Positions 58,966-64,000 of a DNA stretch of 64,000 bases are shown piece after piece; position 1 is the stretch's first letter; each line of letters starts with the position of its first letter. The DNA is from Candidatus Methanomethylicia archaeon (GTDB lineage: Archaea; Thermoproteota; Methanomethylicia; Culexarchaeales; Culexarchaeaceae), in contig JAVYVS010000001.1 of assembly GCA_038727515.1 (NCBI GenBank), positions 352,001-416,000 of the forward strand, given 5' to 3'. Both the position numbers and the translations under genes were made by a program. Under the pieces are notes generated by a model that saw only the letters and a program-made list of their open reading frames with translations, made no database searches and was not told the origin of the DNA.

Positions 58966-60711
58966 TTATTTGAATTCAACTATTGGATTTACGAATTCCA
59001 TTCTTCCAGTATCAGTATTATGCCAAATCAACCCTTTATCTGTAATTTTCAATTCAGGAATAACTGGTAATGCTATAAAAGATAATGTCATAAAAGGCTC
59101 TTTAAGTTTACAACCAATATCCATAACTATCTTATTCAATTCTAAAAGTTTATTTGAAACAGAATAAACATCTTCATCACTCATTAAACCAGCTATTGGA
59201 AGAGGTAAACAACCTAATAAAGAATTGTCTTTTACAATAGCTATTCCACCACCTAATTCAATAATTTTCCTTACAGCATAAGCCATATCACTAGAATTAA
59301 CGCCTACAACAATAATATTATGGCTATCATGAGATATACTCGACGCTAAAGATCCACGTTTTAAACCAAATCCTCTAACAAAACCTAAACCAATATTCCC
59401 AGTAGCTTTATGACGTTCAATAACTGCAACCTGTAAAACATCATTTTCAACATCAACATTCACAACACCATTGAAAATTGGTAATTCAATAAAACTCTGT
59501 TTAGTATACAATGATCCATCTTCAACATCAATAACACGAACAATGGCTCTCCCATAATCTAAATTCACTTTAAATTTAAAATCATCCCCACAAGGAATTC
59601 TTTTAACATTAATTGATTTATAGGCTTTAATAGGATAAAACCATCTATCAATTTGTGTAATCAATTTACCATTACTTGCAACCACTCTACCATTAGCAAT
59701 AGTCATTTTAACATCAACTTTATCTAAATCTCCTAAAACAATGAGATTAGCCTTTAAACCGGGGGCTACAGCTCCAATCTCATGATCTAAACGATAATAT
59801 GTAGCTGGATTTAAAGTTGCCATTCTAATAGCATCAATGGGATCAAAACCAATTTCAATAGCCATTCTAACAAGTCCATTAATATGATGCTTTAAAACAT
59901 CAATAGGATTTATATCATCAGTTACAAACATAATTCTATGCGTATCAACATCAACCTTAAATAGAAAACTTAAAATTTCACTTAAATTCTTTGATATAGA
60001 ACCCTCTCTAACCATAATCCACATTCCAAACCTAAGTTTTTCAAAAGCCTCAATACCACTTATACACTCATGATCTGAACTAATACCCACAGAAATATAC
60101 CTCTGAAGAGCATCTCCAGTTAATGATGGAGCATGACCATCAACCCGTTTACCTAAGGAATGAGCTAAAAATATCTTCTTCAACAAAATCTCATTTCCAT
60201 TTAAAACTCCAGGAAAATCCATAACTTCACCTAAACCAACAACATTAGGAAGTTTAAGGAGATCTTCAATATCCTCCACATTCAATTCAGCTCCAGAAGT
60301 ATCTAAACCTGGAGCTGCAGGAACACAACTTGGAACTGTAAAATAAACATCTAAAGGAATCCTTTTAGATTCTTCAATAAGCATTTTAATACCATCAACA
60401 CCAAGTACATTAGCAATTTCATGTGGATCAATAATAATAGTAGTTGTTCCATGAGGTAAAACAGCTTTAGCAAATTCACTCAATGTAATCATACTACTTT
60501 CAACATGTAAATGTGCATCAATAAAACCAGGACATATATAATTACCATCAATATTAACCTTAATAGTAGAATTACCAATCAAACCATCAACTTTACCTAC
60601 ACCAATAATCCTATTGGATTTTATAGCTATAGAACCACTATAAATATCCCCAGAATAAACATCAACAATATTTGCATTTAAAATAACTAAATCAGCCTTT
60701 AAACTTACCAT
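58966..60711 (-). CDS. ade: Adenine deaminase
   Basis: PGFIDAHLHVESS, DPHEIANV, VPSCVP, GEVM, DGHAP, DHE, REGS, TDD, HDSHN, ALPVIPELKITD. Confidence 0.94.
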   Translation of the reverse strand: MVSLKADLVILNANIVDVYSGDIYSGSIAIKSNRIIGVGKVDGLIGNSTIKVNIDGNYICPGFIDAHLHVESSMITLSEFAKAVLPHGTTTIIIDPHEIANVLGVDGIKMLIEESKRIPLDVYFTVPSCVPAAPGLDTSGAELNVEDIEDLLKLPNVVGLGEVMDFPGVLNGNEILLKKIFLAHSLGKRVDGHAPSLTGDALQRYISVGISSDHECISGIEAFEKLRFGMWIMVREGSISKNLSEILSFLFKVDVDTHRIMFVTDDINPIDVLKHHINGLVRMAIEIGFDPIDAIRMATLNPATYYRLDHEIGAVAPGLKANLIVLGDLDKVDVKMTIANGRVVASNGKLITQIDRWFYPIKAYKSINVKRIPCGDDFKFKVNLDYGRAIVRVIDVEDGSLYTKQSFIELPIFNGVVNVDVENDVLQVAVIERHKATGNIGLGFVRGFGLKRGSLASSISHDSHNIIVVGVNSSDMAYAVRKIIELGGGIAIVKDNSLLGCLPLPIAGLMSDEDVYSVSNKLLELNKIVMDIGCKLKEPFMTLSFIALPVIPELKITDKGLIWHNTDTGRMEFVNPIVEFK

Positions 60712-60878
60712 CAAAAATATATAAGCAATTAACAATATAAAATTTAAAATTAAAATTACCTAACCATAATCTTTTATAAAGGAAAAAATCAACCATTGAA
60801 AATTCAATCAACTATAATATGCATCAACCATTAAGAAAACGCTCAAAACAATTATAATTAAACATAATACAGTATTAT

Positions 60879-61862
60879 ATGATGAAGTTAAAAATAATAA
60901 TTATCACAATAACAATTTTAATAACACTTATAATACCACATACATATGCAGATAGAGGTATAATCTTCATCAAACCCAATGTCTCAGTATATGAAACTGG
61001 ACAAAAAGCCATTATAGCATGGAATGGATTTGAAGAAATATTGATACTATCAACAGATGTAATAGGGGAAGAAGAAGGTATGGCAGCAGAGATATTACCA
61101 TTACCATCAAAACCAATAATTCAAAAAGCCGATTTCAAATCCTTTGAAGAACTACAGAAGATAATTATGAATAGAGCTTTTGAAATTTCAAGGAGTTATG
61201 GTAAAGGATTAGGTGATTTAAAGAGTTTAGAAATAGTATTTCACGAGAAAATAGGTTTACATGATATCACCCTTATTAAAGCATTAAGTGCAAAGGAATT
61301 AACATATTGGATAGAGGAATATCTAAGAAAAGTTAACATTACACAAAAACTACAATTAGAATCACTTGAATACTTAATTCAAGACTATATTGACAGAGGA
61401 TTTCAATACTACTCCATAGACTTAGTAACAGTATCAAAAATTGAGAAAAGCATAAACCCAATACTCTATAGGTTTAATACAAGCTTCCTATACTATCCAC
61501 TAAAAATTTCAAGTATAATTTCAGGTCAAACACAAATAACAATATTCATAATAACAAAGGAGAAAACAATAGTGGAACACCCCCACCTTCAAAAAGCATA
61601 CTACATTGGATTTGGAATAAAATATCCAATAGAATTCCAAATTTCAAAAATGGAATTAGAGAAAATAGATTCAAGAATAGGTGAATTATTCAATGATTAT
61701 GCTTGGCTAAAGGTATTAGAATACAGAGGATATCTAAACATGTTAAAATATGATCTAATAATAACAGTAAAACAACCAGAAATACCAATATATAACATAG
61801 CAATAATAATCACCACATTAGCAATTACATTAATTGCAATGAAGATAAAAAGAGTGGAATAA
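60879..61862 (+). CDS. DUF2330-like exported, membrane-anchored protein
   Basis: Signal peptide (..YA-DRG), QKAIIAW.G.EE.LILS, PLPS.P, YYPLKIS, C-terminal TM. Confidence 0.7.
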   Translation: MMKLKIIIITITILITLIIPHTYADRGIIFIKPNVSVYETGQKAIIAWNGFEEILILSTDVIGEEEGMAAEILPLPSKPIIQKADFKSFEELQKIIMNRAFEISRSYGKGLGDLKSLEIVFHEKIGLHDITLIKALSAKELTYWIEEYLRKVNITQKLQLESLEYLIQDYIDRGFQYYSIDLVTVSKIEKSINPILYRFNTSFLYYPLKISSIISGQTQITIFIITKEKTIVEHPHLQKAYYIGFGIKYPIEFQISKMELEKIDSRIGELFNDYAWLKVLEYRGYLNMLKYDLIITVKQPEIPIYNIAIIITTLAITLIAMKIKRVE

Positions 61863-61969
61863 ACATCTCTAAATTAGTTATTTCAAATGGAGATTCAATA
61901 GACATATTTGAAAATATGTTAACCAAAATATTCAACATAATTATAAAATATGTGTCAGAAATTACGGAT

Positions 61970-62300
61970 TTAATCTTACGTATGAAACCATGGTGAATTG
62001 AAAAAGAAGATTGAAGAAGTAAATGGGATTAAAAACATACATCTCCCTTTAAAGATTTAGAAAAATATCTCTACACAAGCAGATTTGCTAAAGATCTTAT
62101 GTATTCTTTGATGAAATCCAATATATTCAAATTCTTTGGAGAAATAGCCTAGGGAAATAGATATAATTCATAGGGGAATACCAATAGAAATAAATTTTTG
62201 GAGGAAAAATAAATAGGAAAAACTTAGAAACATAATAAGATCCTAAAGGAAATTCAAAGTAATAAGGCAATAGTAATAACAAGGGATATAGAGATAGAGT
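61970..62300 (+). pseudogene. Decayed relic of a COG1373 AAA_14/DUF4143 gene
   Basis: Ordered fragments: MKPW-stop (NPWW-like), YVFFDEIQY (Walker B, about 62098-62124), WRN..REIDII..GIPIEI, KAIVITRD. Interrupted by stops, frameshifts and large deletions. Confidence 0.65.
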
Positions 62301-62396
62301 TCAAATCAATTATTAAATAAATTCCTATACAATAAATATTCAAGTCTTATGTAAGATTTTATTATTAAGACTTTAGAAAAGATTGCTAAAATGATA

Positions 62397-62648
62397 TTAT
62401 GACTTTGATTTTAGCTTTTTAGCCAACTCCTTAATCTTTCTCCTATTAACCATACATGAATATGCAACATATATTTCAATGAAAACAAAAATTACGCCAA
62501 GAACTATATGTATGTGGAAAGCTAAAATCATAAACCAAAAAAGTATACAAAATAAAAATAGATATGAAATACATTTAAATTTTAAATTTTCCAGTTTTCG
62601 TCTTTCCTCCAATGTATTATCATTATTCAATGTAATCAACTGTAACAA
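62397..62648 (-). CDS. Small two-TM hypothetical membrane protein
   Basis: Two hydrophobic segments followed by a basic tail; start uncertain. Confidence 0.45.
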   Translation of the reverse strand: MLQLITLNNDNTLEERRKLENLKFKCISYLFLFCILFWFMILAFHIHIVLGVIFVFIEIYVAYSCMVNRRKIKELAKKLKSKS

Positions 62649-62726
62649 TTATATTGCCTTCTTCAATTCTAAAAATTTTCTATTAATTACCTAAATTTTA
62701 AATTTAAAATTCTAATAGATGATTAT

Positions 62727-63500
62727 ATGAATCGAAAAATTTGGATTCAAGAAATGACTTGGAAAGAGGTTGAAGAAGCTTTATCTGAAGGTAGAGATGT
62801 AATTATCATACCCATTGGTAGCATTGAGCAACATGGTTACCACTTACCATTAGGATCCGATACATATGTTGCCATAGCTTTAGCTGAAGATGCTGCATTA
62901 AAAACTGGAGCTTTAATAACTCCTCCAATATGGTTTGGTTGGAGTCCACATCACATGGCTTTACCTGGAACAATAAATATAAGACCTGAAGTACTAATTG
63001 AATTCCTACACGATATTTTAACTTCATTAATAAAACATGGATTTAGAAAATTTGTAATTATAAATGGTCATAGGATAGTTAATATTCCATGGATACAAAT
63101 AACAGCAGAAAAAGTTCAAAGAGAATATAATGTTAAAATATCTATCTTCGATCCAGCTTACATGAGTAAGGAAATTGCAGATAAACTTGGTTTTGGACCT
63201 ATTGGTCATGCAGAAGAAATAGAGACATCCCATATATTATTTAAATTTCCAGATTTAACAAGTATGGAAAAAGCTAAAGATTATATTCCAATGGAAAGAA
63301 AACTCTACCATATAGATCCGCGATCAAACAAGGATACGCTCTGCTACATTCCAAGTAGGAAGGAGGATATTGAAAGGATAAGGGATATTTCTGGTGGAGC
63401 TATTGGTAACCCAACAAAGGCCTCTCAAGAAAAGGGCAAAGTCTACCATGAACACCTACTCTTAAGACTAATAGAAGTCATAGAAACATTAAAAAGTTAG
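62727..63500 (+). CDS. Creatininase family amidohydrolase (second paralog)
   Basis: PIGSIEQHG.HLPLG.D, SPHH...PGT, NGH, GHAEEIETS. Confidence 0.9.
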   Translation: MNRKIWIQEMTWKEVEEALSEGRDVIIIPIGSIEQHGYHLPLGSDTYVAIALAEDAALKTGALITPPIWFGWSPHHMALPGTINIRPEVLIEFLHDILTSLIKHGFRKFVIINGHRIVNIPWIQITAEKVQREYNVKISIFDPAYMSKEIADKLGFGPIGHAEEIETSHILFKFPDLTSMEKAKDYIPMERKLYHIDPRSNKDTLCYIPSRKEDIERIRDISGGAIGNPTKASQEKGKVYHEHLLLRLIEVIETLKS

Positions 63501-63608
63501 GATGATCTTTCATATGAAATATAAATTAAATTTATAATTTCTTTACTGCAATAGCTAATATTTCATTTGATATTATGTGGTATTCATTTTTCTCCTCAAT
63601 GAAAACCT

Positions 63609-63746
63609 GTGGCGGCGGAAGGAACTTTTAGCTGATAAACCTATGAGGTGGAGAGAGTTAAAGATGGCTCTAGAATTTAGTGAAAAAGAGGTTTAGGTTT
63701 GGGAAAGGAAGGTTATTATTTGATTTAAAGTTCCTTCAGCCGCCAC
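63609..63746. mobile_element. MITE-like / internally deleted IS remnant (138 bp)
   Basis: 20-bp terminal inverted repeats GTGGCGGCGGAAGGAACTTT (63609-63628) and AAAGTTCCTTCAGCCGCCAC (63727-63746), 1 mismatch; GC-rich against background; no TSD seen. Confidence 0.75.
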
Positions 63747-63784
63747 GCTGTAGCTTCCATCTTAAATGGATATGTCGTATAGTA

Positions 63785-63973
63785 TTATGTGTGTCTTGTG
63801 CGGTCATAGCAGTATTCCGTTTCAAAGTTTGTTAGAAAAGTTTTGACACAGTCCTTGCAACGCACTTCTTTGAACATGCTGTCTTTTACTGGCTGGACAG
63901 CTTTTAAGGATTCTGCTGCTTCTTGGGCGCAGGGGTAGGGGCGTTTTACTCCGAAATAGTTTCGGTTTGTCAT
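63785..63973 (-). CDS. Small zinc-ribbon-like ORF, possibly degenerate; frame stays open to the window edge
   Basis: VRCKDC.K...YCYDR (R where a fourth Cys would sit); GC visibly higher than background. Confidence 0.4.
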   Translation of the reverse strand: MTNRNYFGVKRPYPCAQEAAESLKAVQPVKDSMFKEVRCKDCVKTFLTNFETEYCYDRTRHT

Positions 63974-64000
63974 GGCTATAGAGACCCGCTTAAAAAGCCG

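Noticed and set aside
1226-63233. Dozens of short antisense or nested ORFs in the track (e.g. 2093..2536, 28285..28788, 38271..38837, 42951..43508)
   Set aside because: They lie opposite or inside well-supported genes and have the I/S/F/L/P-rich composition expected of reverse-strand shadows
1-64000. tRNA, rRNA, CRISPR arrays, C/D-box sRNAs, integrase or transposase genes
   Set aside because: No GC-rich cloverleaf, regularly spaced repeats, convincing box C/D pair or recombinase motif seen by eye; tRNAscan-SE/Infernal would be needed to exclude small RNAs

Overview
AT-rich, gene-dense archaeal chromosome segment, most likely TACK/Thermoproteota: it has a Cren7-type chromatin gene, archaeal LeuRS, ADP-forming acyl-CoA synthetase, SAMP/JAMM genes, BRE-TATA promoters and GGAGGTGA ribosome-binding sites. 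About 60 CDS; no tRNA, rRNA or CRISPR array seen. Gene content is dominated by amide/C-N hydrolases and nitrogen scavenging: D-aminoacylase, two AbgB-like M20, ArgE-like M20, M42, GGT, two creatininases, cyclic amidohydrolase plus carbamoylase, and adenine deaminase. A xanthine-dehydrogenase-family molybdoenzyme operon sits beside its cofactor maturation genes. The best candidate for an undescribed system is an ATPase-free membrane operon led by a DUF6754-like gene, present twice (four genes at 20209-23409; a second copy at 1-1098 truncated by the window edge). Its first and third subunits look like oppositely oriented paralogs, suggesting a new antiparallel multi-subunit transporter. Other notable items: a divergent FtsZ/tubulin-family GTPase beside two winged-helix genes; a stand-alone HerA/NurA pair; a ubiquitin-like protein with a masked GG; an unannotated four-cysteine Cren7; gene-conversion tracts between AbgB paralogs; tandem palindromic operators; a MITE-like element; a frameshifted MFS gene; and a decayed COG1373 relic. 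Family names come from motif recognition by eye, not database searches.
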